Source: Camelus ferus (Eukaryota). From it: a stretch of 64,000 bases of DNA. Position 1 is the first letter of the stretch; every line of letters starts with the position of its first letter. A program made the position numbers and the translations under genes. Below are positions 40,601 through 54,095 of the stretch, in pieces. Where the stretch lies: the NCBI RefSeq assembly GCF_009834535.1, contig NC_045696.1, forward strand, positions 12,650,001 to 12,714,000. Reading direction: 5' to 3'. The notes beneath the pieces are model-generated. The model was not told the DNA's origin, searched no databases, and worked only from the letters and a program-made list of their open reading frames with translations.

Positions 40601-41637
40601 TCAGGAAGTAATACTGATTGTTCATTTACAGTACTAATGTAAGTCTCCCTTTATAGCAAATTTATTTAACAAAAAAGGTCTGTTTAAAGAAAAATATCCA
40701 GTAAACACCTGTGCACATATGGGAAAAAATGTGGGAATGTTAATAAAATAACTAACACTGTGGACACTGCGTTGAGGTACTTCAGTTACTCCATCTCAAG
40801 AAACAGGATCAGAAGTCGTGGCTAAGGGTCAGTGTAAAGCAATAATTGAAGGAAATGGCTTTAGGGATGAGAACTCATCCAGATACAGTGTTTTTCCTTT
40901 ACTGTGCCTGTGAAGGTATAGAATAACATAGCCAGACATAGTCTTTTTAAAACTTAGTTATTTAATTCAGTCAGAGGAATACTTTAAATGGCAGTTTGCC
41001 CTACATGCGCTTTCTTTAAAAAGACGTATTTCATGTTGTTCCACGGAGATTTGTACTCACGTGAAAGATTTATAAAATGCCAAACAACTGATGTTTTTGT
41101 TGTCTCTTCCCACCATTTTCAGTCTTTTCTTTCTTTGATATCTAATTGTTTCAGTCAATACATTTACAAGTAACTAAAGAAATAGGAATCAAAAAAAAAT
41201 CTCGTCTTATGATATTTTTGTCATTTAGATATATTTTCTGTTATCTTGTAAAATATTTCCTTTGGTAATAGGAAATAAATATCTAAGTTAGCAGCTGTAA
41301 CTTTAAAGTTGTGTTTAAGTCTGTGCAGAATATATGAGAGCTTGCCTCCTTATGTTATCTTCTGAAAGTGAGCCCAGAGTGTAAATAAACATGTGAGCTG
41401 TTGAAGAGCAGAGATTTTCTTGAACATTTATGTTCATCCTGATAAGTAGTTTTAATTTCCTTATTTTTATGTAATTGCATATAATTTTTATTTGAATGAA
41501 AATGTAAAAGTATCTCCATTTCTATCTACAAGTTTTGATCCTCTAATACTTTTTTTCCTAAAAACAAGAGTATTTTTAATGATTGATTGATTGAATTCTG
41601 AGCCCAGCTTAAAACTCGGACTATTTTGAACATTTAG

Positions 41638-41721
41638 GTCAAAGGCTTGCTACCAAGATTGAAGGAAAAAGTTGATCTTCTGGTGTTTAATCCCCCCTAT
41701 GTGGTGACTCCACCTGAAGAG
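41638..41721 (+). CDS. N6AMT1: N6AMT1 coding exon 4 (84 nt), catalytic NPPY motif
   Basis: Acceptor catttag|. Encodes VKGLLPRLKEKVDLLVFNPPYVVTPPEE, with NPPY at 41689-41700. Donor GAG|gtaaga. Confidence 0.97.
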
Positions 41722-44700
41722 GTAAGACAGAAGACAAAATTTAAATTACTAATATTTTCAGCTATTTCTGTCTAAAATCAAATATATTTCATCATACGAC
41801 ATCAGTTATCAGCTGCTAATTAACACAAACTGCTCTGATTTTACTCATAATTGTCAGTAATTAGGTTCTATTGGTAGACGTTTGAAAGGAACCTAAAACT
41901 GATGGAAATACAAACTGTGACCCCATCCATTCTTTAAAATCCTATCCAGATCAGGCCATGGTGTTTAAATTCATATATGTGTGTGTGTATCCTTTATCAT
42001 GAATAACAAATTTATAAAACCAAAGATTTCTAATCAGTCTTAAATTCACATCGGAATTCTTTCTGAAAGTCTCAGGTTTCTTCCTTTCACAGGTATCAGG
42101 AAGTAGGGGGTGGGGAACCCGTTCTCATTTCAGTTAGGAAAAAGAAATAACTTTGAAATACATGATTGTAAAATTTTCAATAATGAAGACATAAACACCA
42201 TATTAATCATTTCCCAATTTAAAGAGAGAGTGGTCAAAGCAGACAAAGTTTAATAACGGACTAGGGTTAGCTTTCCTTTGAGTTTTTTGATGAGCACTCT
42301 CTGGCAAGGCGGATGAACGTTACCGTCACCTCTGCCAAGATGGGAAAGGTCCGTGTTGCTCCTGTTACTACCAGGAGAAGCTGTTGCTCCCCTGAGGTAT
42401 GAATTCATGTGAGAAGGGAGGTCATTGTCCTAAGGTGAACAGCAGTTGAGAGAAATGCAGCTTAATAAAACTCTTTAGGAAAGCATTATGGGAGTAAAAT
42501 TCACGAGTGACAAAGATGTTTCAGTCCAGTAATCTTAGTCATTGAGATCTCATTGAGAAAAAAATCATTCAATGATAGAATAAAAATTTTAATTCACAAA
42601 AATATGTTGCATCTTTATTTATGATGGCAAATAATATGAAGTATATATGTAACAGAAGAAAAATAACTAAGTAAATCATGGTTTATCAGGTCGATAAGCT
42701 ACTGGGAAGACCACTGGGTGAAGGGTAGACTCTGGGACCGTGGTGACACGAACGGGCTTCCTTTCTCCCACATTCCTTCTGCTAAGCTACGTGCTTGCTG
42801 GTGGCTGCCGGGATGTATAGATGACTGAGCGTGGACAGTGCCGTGGGCTTTGTCACAGTTCTAACAGCGAGAACTAGTGTCATAATTTCTACTAGCTGAA
42901 CATTTGGCTGGAGAGCAGCACAGCAAAGATTTCCTGGAGCTAAAATACATGTCTTACAGTTAAACATTAGGAAATGAATTAGAAGAGAATGTAGTTTCTG
43001 TCAAGACTTGAATCAGTGGTTTGGAAACCTTATGAAATATTCCTGTGCATAGAGCATGAAGATAAAAATAAGGAAATTGTGAAGGTGAAAGTTAAGAGAC
43101 TTAGAGGTTAGGTCCAGGAGACATACAAATAATAGGAGTCTGTGCATATAAAAAGTTGTGGCCTTACTTACGATTACATCCCTAAACTTGAGGTTAGGTA
43201 ATGTGGGTTCGTCTCTGTGACCTGTGAAGGATCACGAGCTGGCACAGCAAGACCCAGGTAGCAGGCAGCCAGCAGACCACCAAACATGACTCCTCCTCCG
43301 ACGATGGAAGCCTCCCCTCTGTGGCCTGTAAGAATGTGATCGGTGCCAGGCAGTCTTCCTGGAGGGCCATCTCTAGTGCAAGCTGCCGTACCTGGCTGAG
43401 CGTCCCTGGGGAGACATGTAAACAGGGTCCAGCACAGAGGGCTCCTGGTCTACACTAAAACAGTGACCAGAGACAGGCTTGGCAAAGGCCATCGTCAGCA
43501 TGCACTCTGTCCACAGATCACTTTGCCCTATGACACATCCGGAGAACAGGCTCCACCAATATACCAAGGAAGAGGAAGACATGAGCCCCTGAAAAAGGGA
43601 ATCCTAGGAATGGTAGGAAAGAAAAGTCTCCAGGAGAAAAGTCTGGACAAAAAACAAACTGATAAATTCCCTAATAGGATTAATTTTGTGGAAAATTGTA
43701 TTGAGAAGCTTATGATAAATACGTGAATAATTTAAATTAGATACCAAAAAATTAAGCAGATGAGCATACTGAATGCCCATAAGTAGCTAAATAAGATATG
43801 ATACTTTTCCACCATAAAATATTATGCAGCCCTTAAGACAGTGAGTTAGAACTATACCTGATCACATGAAGAGCTTTTCATAAGGTATTGTTGAGTGAGA
43901 AAAGCGAGATACAGCTAAGAATGTAGATAGAACCCTGTCTTTGTAAAACACAGACAAAAAGGAAAAAGGAAAACAGTGTGTGTGTCTATGTAGAAGATCG
44001 GGGTTGGGGTGGTGACAGATGAGCAAAATACTAAAAGGGGAAAGTACAGTTTTTTTTTTAAACAGGTATATGAACATATTTCTCATTTTTGTAAAATTAT
44101 ATATGTACATGGTTATAGGTATAAATTATTTTTAATGGGGAAATATATGCCATAAAAGCAGAATGTACAGTTGTATGTAAATAATTTAAAATATGGACAA
44201 AAACTATTGAAGGGATTAGAAAGAAAATAATTGTGTTAGAGTTTAAGTAGTTTTTGAGTGATTTCTTCAAAGTTTTCCTTAGTTTTAAAAACAATATACA
44301 ATGGTAAGGATCTAAAGATTTTTAATACTATATAAACTCTCATGGGTTCTATTTCTATTATATAGTTAGATCATTATAGGGAAAAATGCTCCAGGGCACC
44401 TTTATATAATAAATGGGCTCCTAAAAAAGGTTTATGTGATTCATGCTCCTAGGGATCTAGAAGAGAGCTAAACGCCGTGGTACATTTTGAAACTTTGTTT
44501 CTGGGAAGTGGATCTCTTATATACAAGTTCTCCCTTCTAGTTCCTTCCTAATTATTCTATATTAAGTACAAGAATTTAAACATGGTATTAGTAGTAACAG
44601 CTATTATTAAGTCCTTAATACGTGCAGGGCACTGTTCTTAAACTTTAAATATACGTCCTCATTTATTTCTAACAATGAACAAAAATAGTTTTTTTTATCA

Positions 44701-44960
44701 CTTTCCTAATTTTACAGATGAAACTTGTTATTTTTATAATTTCACAGATAAGAGAGGAAACCAGTTCACCCAGATTACAAACTTACACAGGGTCCACATG
44801 CTAGGAAACAATGGGGTTCAGCTTCAACTTTCATACCGTCTCTTCATCAGCAGCAAAATGCAAAATATATATCTATGCGGTGAATGTTACCTGCCAGAAA
44901 GATTCAGCTTTTTAAATGTAACTTAAGTAAAAACAGAAGAATCTGTCTAATTGGTCACAG

Positions 44961-45102
44961 GTAGGAAGTCACGGGATAGAGGCGGCGTGGGCTGGTGGCA
45001 GAAACGGTCGTGAAGTCATGAACAGATTCTTTCCCCTGGCTCCAGACCTTCTTTCACCAAGAGGACTGTTCTTCCTAGTTACCACTAAGGAAAACAACCC
45101 AG
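44961..45102 (+). CDS. N6AMT1: N6AMT1 coding exon 5 (142 nt)
   Basis: Acceptor gtcacag|. Encodes VGSHGIEAAWAGGRNGREVMNRFFPLAPDLLSPRGLFFLVTTKENNP. Donor CAG|gtaata. Confidence 0.97.
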
Positions 45103-46171
45103 GTAATAGAGACCAGTTGATTTTTCACCCATTTACTTTGCTAAAATAAAGGTTAATTATGTCAAAGACTGTAATTTATTAAGTAACCTGGACCGTTAAA
45201 GAATGTACTCACTCACAGCAGCTAATATAGACACAGCATTCATGTTGAAAGATGAGAAAGATTTGTAAGAGGTATATTTTTCTGCTTTTAAAGACTATTG
45301 TCTTTTTTCGGGGGGGGGAATAGTTTTTCCCCTAATTTATAAACTAATATTAAAATACAAAATCTGTAATTTCTTCTTCTCGCACCTCACCCTCACTGCT
45401 GTGAACCTTCTCACCATCTTCTAGTCTTCGTGTCCTTGATGATTCTGCTATATGCTCTTTAGTTCATCTGAAGTTTTACCACGAAAGGTATCTCCCGATA
45501 CTGATTTTTATGTCTCGGTTTTCAAATTACTGAATTGACCATAATCTTTCTTCTCTTTTCTGTACATCTCAGGCTTGCTTTTTATCTCCTACATTATATT
45601 CTCAGCCCCTCAAATCACGTCATGATTACTAGGGGTTTTTTTGTTTGGTTGGTTTTGGGGTTTTTTATTTTTTGTAACTCCATTTTATTAGTTTAGTCTC
45701 TTTAGTGTTACTTATTTGAAAAGGGAAGATTTTGCTTCTTTCAGTACTGCTAAAAGAAATAAGCTACTTCAGTTACCATGACTTTTCAGTGTCACCACGT
45801 GGTTTGCCCATACCCTTGTTGATGTCTTTCATCCACAAGGATATAGGGCAGGCGTTAGAGGCAAGCAACTAAAAAATGGATCATTTACTGTAATAACAAG
45901 TATAAGTAATGTTTCTGTTGAGTCCAGGGTAGGCTCATACTGCAAAACAGTCATTCAGTCTGATTAGAATTCTCAGCAACACCTTGAAAATACAGAGTGC
46001 TCTCATCTGTCTGAAATCCAAGTTTACTGTACTAGAAATTACATGGTATATGCTATTTTCTCAGATGAATAGAATTTGTAAATAGTCTGCATTTATCATC
46101 TTATTAAACTGTTTAGTGATCATACACACTTTACCAAATAAATTAACGTTTTATTTTAATCTTTATTTTAG

Positions 46172-46278
46172 AAGACATTTTGAAAATAATGAAAACAAAA
46201 GGTCTACAAGGGACCACTGCACTTTCCAGGCAAGCAGGCCAAGAATTCCTTTCAGTCCTCAAGTTCACCAAATCCTAG
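46172..46278 (+). CDS. N6AMT1: N6AMT1 coding exon 6 (107 nt to TAG)
   Basis: Acceptor ttattttag|. Encodes (E)DILKIMKTKGLQGTTALSRQAGQEFLSVLKFTKS*. The six exons sum to 645 nt. Confidence 0.96.
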
Positions 46279-46529
46279 TCTACAGTACGTGCTTCTTAAA
46301 GCGGAATGCATTCAACGTATTTTGAAACTGGAGTCATTTCTTGGCTAAGGAGTAAAATTGTCAGAAATCTCTCATACAGAAAAGGTGGAAAGGTAGGGCG
46401 TTCCCTTTTACCTAGGAGTCAGGCTACAGAAATATTTGCACAAATGCAAGTAAATGTATATATATTATATGTATAATTTGCATTTTGTATATTATATATG
46501 GAGAATATATATAATATAAAAGTTATGTT

Positions 46530-46885
46530 ATATATGAGAGGATGTTCATTTCAGCATTACTTGTAATAGTAAAGTCCATCAGCAAAGGGATATAAATTAC
46601 AGTCTATTCATGTTACTGAACTTGAGTGACATATCCAGCTATTAAACACGAGTCAGTCCTGAATATACTGAACCAGAAGGGGTTCATGATGCACTATTGA
46701 GTAGTGAAAAAAAGCAAGTTGCAAAATAATATTAACCTATGTGTTTATTTTTGGAAAACAGGGTATTTATATGTGTATATAAGAAATTCTGATGGCAGAT
46801 AACAGGTGGAATAGAGGAACTTTCATTCTTTTGTAGTAATGTTTTGTACAATAATGTATTACTTCTATATTAAATAAAAATTTTT
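46530..46885 (+). mobile_element. Old L1 (L1ME-like) 3' end within the N6AMT1 3' UTR
   Basis: gatgttcatttcagcattacttgtaatagtaaa; tattgagtagtgaaaaaaagcaagttgcaaaataat. Similar to 33310-33530. Confidence 0.6.
46869..46878 (+). terminator. Candidate N6AMT1 polyadenylation signal
   Basis: Overlapping ATTAAA/AATAAA (AATAAA at 46873-46878), with TGTA elements upstream and a T-rich tract downstream. Alternative AATAAA at 47073-47078. Confidence 0.55.
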
Positions 46886-47188
46886 TAAATTTACCTTTAT
46901 TTGCTTACTGTCTCCATTCTCTTTCTATTGTTTATAATGGCTTCTGCTTCCTTTCTTCCCCCTGGTCACATTTTTCCTACTTTTTATCCTGTATCATATA
47001 TTTCTGTTTTCTTCTTGCATATTTATTTCAAACTGCTTTCATTTTTCCTTAGACCAAGGAGAGTTGTATGTAAATAAACTCACCACTCAAATTTATCACA
47101 TTTTTAAGAGCTCACATATGTCTTTTAAGAAATTGCTTTTGCTAAATTTAGGAACGTCTTCTGTAACTTCCCCACCATTCAGAATATA

Positions 47189-47404
47189 GAGTTGACCCTT
47201 AAACGACATGTGTTTGAACTGTGAGGGTCCACTTACATGCATATTTTTTCCAGTAAATAGCATACTACAGTACTTCACAATCAGTGGTTGGTTGAATCCT
47301 TGGGTGCCGTGGAGAGCTGACTGTAAAGTTATATGTGAATTTTTGACTGCAGTGGGAAGGAGGGAGTTGGCACCCTAATCCCCGTGTTGTTCAAGGATCA
47401 ACTG
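47189..47404. mobile_element. Tigger2-type MITE
   Basis: TIRs (g)agttgacccttaaacgaca / tgttgttcaaggatcaactg, flanked by TA on both sides. Confidence 0.85.
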
Positions 47405-47460
47405 TATTTATCAAAACCAATGAGCAGGACTGTGTAAGACCAGAGTGGAAGGAATCTCAA

Positions 47461-49215
47461 ATTTATTTTTATTTATTTATTTTTTTATTGACATATAGTC
47501 AATTTACAGTGTGTCAATTATTTCTGGTATACAGCATAATGTTTCCATCATATGTATATGTATTTGTTTTCATATTCTTTTTCATTATGGGCTACTACAA
47601 GATATTGAATATAGTTCCCTGTGCTATACTGAAGAAAATTGTTGTTTATCTATTTTATATATACTAGTTAATACTCCCAAGTCTTGAACTCCCAATTTAT
47701 CCCTTCCCACCCCCTTTGCCCCTGGTAACCATAAGATTGTTTACTATGTCTGTGAATCTGTTTCTGTTTTGTAGGTAAGTTCATTAGTGTCTTTTTTCTT
47801 TTTTTAGTTTCCACGTATGACTGATATATGGTATTTTTCTTTCTCTTTCTGGCTTACTTAGAATGACAATCTTCAGTTCCATCCATTTTGCTGCAAATGG
47901 CATTATTTTATTCTTTTTTATGCCTGAGTAGTGTTCCATTGTATAAATATACCACAGCTTCTTTATCCAGTCATCTGTTGATGGACATTTAGGTTGCTTC
48001 TATGTCTTGGATATTGTAAATAGTGCTGCTGTGAACATTGGGGTGCAGGTGTCTTTGCGAAATAGAGTTTCTTCTGGATATATGCTCAAGAGTGGGATTG
48101 CTGGATCATATGGTAAGCTGATTTTTAATTTTTTGAGGAATCTTCATACTGTTTTCCATAATGGCTGCACCAAACTGCATTCCGACCAACAGTATAGGAG
48201 GGTTCCCTTTTCTCCACACCCTCTCCAGCGTTTATCATTTGTGGACTTTTTAATGATGGCCATTCTGACTGGTGTGAGGTGATGATACCTCATTGTAGTT
48301 TTGATTTGCATTTCTCTGATAATTAGAGATACTGAGCATTTTTTCATGTGCCTGTTGGCCATTTGTATGTTTTCATTGGAGAATTGCTTGTTTAAGTCTT
48401 CTGCCCATTTTTGGATTGAGTTGGTTTTTTTGTTATTAAGTTGTATGAGCTGTTTTTATATTCTGGAAATTAAGCCCTTGTCAGTCTCATCTTTTGCAAA
48501 TATTTTCTCCCATTCCATAGGTTGTCGTTTTGTTTTGCTTATGGTTTCCTTTGCTGTGCAAAAGCTTGTAAGTTTAATTAGGTCCCATTTGTTTATTTTT
48601 GCTTTTATTTCTGTTGCCTGGGTAGTCTGTTCTAGGAGAACATTGCTCAGATTTATATCAGAAAATGTTTTGCCTATGTTTTCTTCTAAGAGATTTATAG
48701 TATCTTGTTTTATACTTGTCTTTAAGCCCTTTTAAATTTATTTTTGTGTATGGTATGAGGAAGTGTTCTAACTTCATTGATTTACATGCAGCTGTCCAGT
48801 TTTCCCTACACCACTTGCTGAAGAGTCTGTCTTTTTTCTCCATTGTATGTTCTTGCCTCCTTTGTCAAAGATTAACTGATCATAAGTCTGTGGGTTTATT
48901 TCTGGGCCCTCTGTTCTGTTCCATTGATCTATATGTCTGTTTTTGTGCCAATACCATGCTGTTTTGATCACAGTGGCTCTGTAGTATTGTCTGAATTCTG
49001 GGAGGATTTTTCCTCCAGCTTTGTTCCTTTTCTTCAGTATTGCTTTGGCAGTTCTGGGTCTTTTGTGATTCCGTATAAATTTTATGATTATTAGTTCTGT
49101 GAAAAGTTTCCTGGGTAATTTGACAGGGATTGCATTAAATCTGTAAATTGCTTTGGGTAGTATGGCCATTTTAACAATACTAATTTTTCCAATCCAAGAA
49201 CATGGGATACCATTT
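47461..49215 (-). mobile_element. Relatively young 5'-truncated L1 (ORF2 3' part plus 3' UTR)
   Basis: Minus-strand ORFs [15 protein letters not shown]...[17 protein letters not shown] and ...[15 protein letters not shown], frameshifted. T tail at 47461. Confidence 0.95.
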
Positions 49216-49916
49216 CTTTAAGTCACCTTTATAGAATTCATTTTTTAATTTGGCTACATTCAGAATCACCTGAGGAAGTTTTTTTTTAAGATTATAAATT
49301 CCTAAACCTCACCATAAACCCATGGAATACTTTGCAGCTCAGACCTAAAAACTATATTTTTTTTAAATGTACTTCCCAACATTCTTTAAGGCAGCCTGTC
49401 TAATTTTAGAACTATTGCTTTAAATAGCATTCTCATTTAATCCTTAGTACAATCCACAGAAAGAGTGGAATTAACATCATTTTATGTTCATAAAGTTTAA
49501 ATAATTTGTTCAAAGAAACACAGTAGTAAAGGGTAAAGACAATATGGCAACATTTCAGACTCAGATCTGACTCCAAAAGCTGTCTTTTCCTTTGCTTATG
49601 TGCTTTGAGCAGCAAAAATGTCAAAGTTAGTATTTACTTAAATCTAATATCTGTAAATAAATTCCCCTTCCCAGAAATAGAGCCATCAGAATGAAATTTT
49701 CTAATAAACAACCTCTTACATCACAGGGGGGAAAAAGAGATAAATAATCTTAGAATTTTATTGTGGGTTTTTGGTCATAGTTTTGGGAGTGAAGTCTTGA
49801 ATATTTTTTCAATAACATTTGAAATACTTTTAAATTAGTATAGAGGACTTCCATCAACATAGGAAACTAAACATAGAAAGGCTATGTAAAAGACATCAAA
49901 AATTTCACGTACATAG

Positions 49917-50272
49917 CTGTTCCTGACTGAGCTGCGTCTCCCCTGACCCCCACCACTACCAGATTCATATGTTGAACCCCTGATTTAGGACCTCAGAACG
50001 TGACTGTATTTGGAGATAGGGTCTTTAGAGAGGTAAAGTCAAATGAGGCCGTTCGGGTGGGCCCTAATCCAATCTGACTGGTGTCCTCAAAAGGAGATTA
50101 AGAGACAGCAGGGATGCTTGCACACAGAGAAGGAGAGGCCCTCGGAGACAGCAGACCCGCTGGCACCATGGTCCTGGACTCCCAGGCCCCCGAGCAGTGA
50201 GGAAGTAAGTGTCCGCTGTGTCGGGCCTCCAGCCGGTAGCGTTTTGTCATGGCCACCCTAGCAGACTTAATA
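49917..50272 (+). mobile_element. MLT1A-like LTR
   Basis: acctcagaacgtgactgtatttggagatagggtcttta...gccaccctagcagacttaata. Confidence 0.85.
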
Positions 50273-51279
50273 GCCCAAGACAGGGAAATACCCACATTCT
50301 GCAAACAAGAGAAAGCAATACTGGTGTGAAAAATGGGTACTGATGTCCTGGTGGTCAAGAGAACTGTGGCCCCAGACCTTTAGGAGGAGAGCTGCAAATC
50401 TAGCTCCCTTGGCATTTAAAAAAAAAGCTGTTAAATATTTTTAAAAAGAGGACCCATAAAACCACATTATTTGGCCCCAGGGAAGCAGGAAAAAACTGAC
50501 GTTGGACCTTGAATGGAAAGGAAAAATAGTAATAATTTAGGAGAAATCAGGCCTCACATCTGTGTTACGCTCTGTTGTAGGATCTAATTTACACCGTGTA
50601 AGGTAGCAATGTTAACATGAAACAGTTCACATTAAAATTATCTAGACCACTGATCACCAAGAAGTTAAGCTACAGTCAGTGAGAGCAGGGAGAAAAAAAC
50701 AGAATTGGATGCCCAAAGAATACAGATAGTGGAATTGTTGTATAGAATATTTGAAATGTTCAAAGAATTAACACAATCACAGAAAAGCACACAAGAAAAT
50801 ACTCTTTGGAAAGAACAAATTCAAGGCAACTTTTAAAAATGAGAAATAGAATTCCTGAAATCAAAGACCACTATGGAGAGGGTAAACCGTGAACAGGAGA
50901 ATCGATGAACTGAAAGTAATTCACAGAATGCAGCCCAGAGAGAAAAGAAAATATGAAAGAAAAGTAATAATTATGGAGGACAGAATGAAAAGATCTATCA
51001 AGTGAGAATCCCAAAAAGAATGGAAGAGAAGGAATGTTTACAGAGATAATGGCTAATGTTTTTCCAGAACTGACTTTGTAAAAAGAAGATGAATCTTGCA
51101 GGCACAAACAGGACAAAGAAAGACCCACACCTAGACATCAGTAGTGATACTACAACACACCAGAGGCAGAGATCTTAGAAGGCAATCAGAGCGGAGGTAC
51201 AAGTCACTGTTTTAAGCAGGGCTCAGCAAACTGTTTGTAAATAGAATTTTAGAACAGAGCCATGCCTGCTCATTTCTGC

Positions 51280-53230
51280 ATTGCCTGTTATTATCCAGGC
51301 GGGCTCTGAGTGTAATCACAGTGTATTGCAAGAGGCGGAGGGAGATTTTAATAGAAAAGAAGAGAAGGCATTATGATGATGCGCTACTGGCTTTGAAGGT
51401 AGAACAAGGGACCTTGAGCCAAGGATTGCAAGGAATGAGTCCTGGAAGCTTGAAAACACAAGGAAATGATTCTCCCCTAGAGCCTCCTGAGGGAGTGAGG
51501 CCCCGCTGACACGTTGACTTAGAGCTACGTACATACATATGGCAGGAAGAATGCCCCCCCACCTCCCCCCGCCATAAAAGATGCCCTAATCCCTGGAACC
51601 TGTGACTATGTTACATTACGTGACAGAGAGGACTTTACAGATGTAATAATTAAAGCTATGACCTTAAGATGGGGAGATGTAATTCTAGGTTATCTGGGTG
51701 GGCCCAGTCGACTCACAGGAGCCCTTAAAAGCAGAGAACTTCCTCCAGCTGGAGTCAGAGGGTGTGGATTGAATTTGAGAGGAGCACACACACAGGAGGT
51801 TTGCGGTTTCAAACATACTGTTAAGTTTTTTTTTTAAGCCGACTGATGACTACATTAGTATCCATGTTATCTCCAAAATAGCAGCATAGAACAATAAATG
51901 TTAATTTCGGAGCGTCAGAGATCCGGGAGCAGTTTAGCTGGGTGGTTCAGGCTCAGAGTCCTGGAGGTTACAGTACAGTGGTCAGCTAAGGCCGCAGTCA
52001 TCTCAAGACTCAAATGAGGATTAATGATCCACTTCCATGATCACTCACATGGCTGTTGGCAGGAGGATTTAGTTCTGAGCATGTGGGCTTCTCCATAGGC
52101 TGCTCACATCACGGCTTCTCCCAGAGCAAATGATCTGAGCAAGAGAGACCAAGATAGAAGCTGCAGTCTGTTATAACTTTATCTCAAAAATGACATAACA
52201 TCACTTCTGCGGTATTCTGTTGGCCATGCAAAGCACCACCCCCGCCCCTCAGAATCTCATCCCGTTAAAACATCTGCACTACGTCTGGAATCTCATCATG
52301 TTCCTAATCGGTCAAATTCTCCCTTGTTTCTAACCTATAGCACCAAATGGGCCTGTTCTATTTAAAGCAGTGGACGACTGATGTGCAAGTGAGCATAGTA
52401 TCCTCAGACGGAGGTCCCAGGAGGTGCTGAGTGGCACAAAGAACACGGCAGTAGTGCAGAGGGGCCTGAAAAATCAAGTCCAGGAGTGGCTGAGACCCCC
52501 TCAGGCGTCGTTCCTTGAGCACAGCTCAACTGTAGCAACTCTCTATCTGCAGATCTGGAAAACAAAGACCAGTTTTCTGCCTCACCCACACTCAACACAC
52601 AGTGGTGGGCCAGGCGCACAGCAACCACTATAGATATTCTTGCCCAAAAGCTGGGAAATGAGAGACACTGAGGCATCACTGTTAATGGCACTTCTGAAAT
52701 TCAGGCGGGCGAATGTCAGCATATCCTTGGTTAGGAGTCATCCCTGCTCCTGCCCAGAAACGACTCTTCGTGGCTCTTGGTTCCACCCTCCGAGCACTTG
52801 GTTCTGTGCTCTGATTTATCTTTTCATTTTCATTAAAGGTAGTACTTGCTTGTGTCTGAGTAGTTTTCTCAAGCCAGGCCCTCCTTACAGATATTCAGAG
52901 GTCCAAAACCTCTTCATTTTGTGTGGCCTTTGTACCTTTTAATCCAGGGGGTATTTTCACTGAGGTCATGCTCTTTAAAACCTCGAGGTTTTCTGAAAAT
53001 CTTTTTGGCATTAACTAGTTTAGATAAATGTCTCACACAGAAATCTTTTCAAGATAAGCCCTTCTCTGCCTTGGGCTTCTGCTGAAACACCTTAGGCTTA
53101 ATGCCCTTGTGCTTCTTAGAGGCCCTGTTATGTAAGAGAATCTGTGAGGCTCACCCTTAAAATCTTCAGAGAGGCTTTATTCTGACTGAAAATACCTTTG
53201 CTCTTTCTGAGGTCTGAGTGAAGGATTTTA
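51280..53230. mobile_element. MaLR cluster (MLT1D/E, MLT1G/H and internal-type fragments)
   Basis: gattctcccctagagcctcc; ctaatccctggaacctgtgactatgttac; cagtttagctgggtggttc. Confidence 0.65.
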
Positions 53231-53329
53231 TAGACACACCTTTAACTTCCTCCTTAGGCTGTGCTTTCCTGTGCCCTGAACTTGATTTGGGCTCGATGAC
53301 AAAGTGAGAACAACTTGAGTTTCCCTGTC

Positions 53330-54095
53330 ATTCTCACGGGTCTTTAAACTCCAACTAGACTGGCTTAGCTCATCAGCATAGGCTGTAGACTGGACAAGAA
53401 AATCCTCGTGATTTAAGTGAAGAGTGGGAAAGGAGTGAGTGGAGTCCAGGTCACCAGGGAGACTTGTTTCTAACCTACAGCCCTTGGCCGTGGGTTCTGT
53501 GGGAGAACTTTCGCAAATGGTGCAGCAGTAACATTCTGGGGAGTGGACTATCGCGTGAAGGCCAGTCAGCTCCAGTGAGCCGGCCTCAGTGGAGGTTCTA
53601 CAGGGAGCCCTGCAGGACACTGCGCTGTCAAGCGAGGTGAAGGAGCTGAGCTTTTACCCTCCTTGTAAGCTCACAGGTTAGCCTGACAGTTTCACTGTTG
53701 GCAGAAGAAAGAAGGCTTCTGGGTCAGAGACAAAGAATTTAATTACTCAGCATTAACAATTAGGATGAGCGTCATCAGCTTCTCCTTGCCCTGAGTCCTA
53801 CGGCAGCAATGTGGAGGGACCCAGATGGATACCTGCATACCCAGTGGGTTGCATTACAGGAGAGAAACCCTGAACTTTGGGCACCCTAATTTTCATTATG
53901 GGCATTAAGTATGCCTTCTCTGTTCAGTGCAGACACTACGTTTATTAGACTGGAGGGTAAGAATGTCTGCTCTTTATTCGAGAGGTGTCTTCTCTCTGCT
54001 TTGGAGAGACACTATCCGTATCTTCCAAAGGATGTTCATCATACAAATATTCTTGAAAAGATAATCCAGAACAAAGGGCAGTTAGTGTTTTGATG
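53330..54095 (-). mobile_element. ERV1 LTR (MER34/MER39-like) plus adjacent leader
   Basis: ctgggtcagagacaaagaatttaattactca...aaaagataatccagaacaaagggcagttagtg, matched from recalled consensus. Confidence 0.5.

Noticed and set aside
48007..49169. Cluster of 60-144 aa ORFs as a host gene or active L1
   Set aside because: Frameshifted, 5'-truncated L1 ORF2 fragments and their antisense frames.
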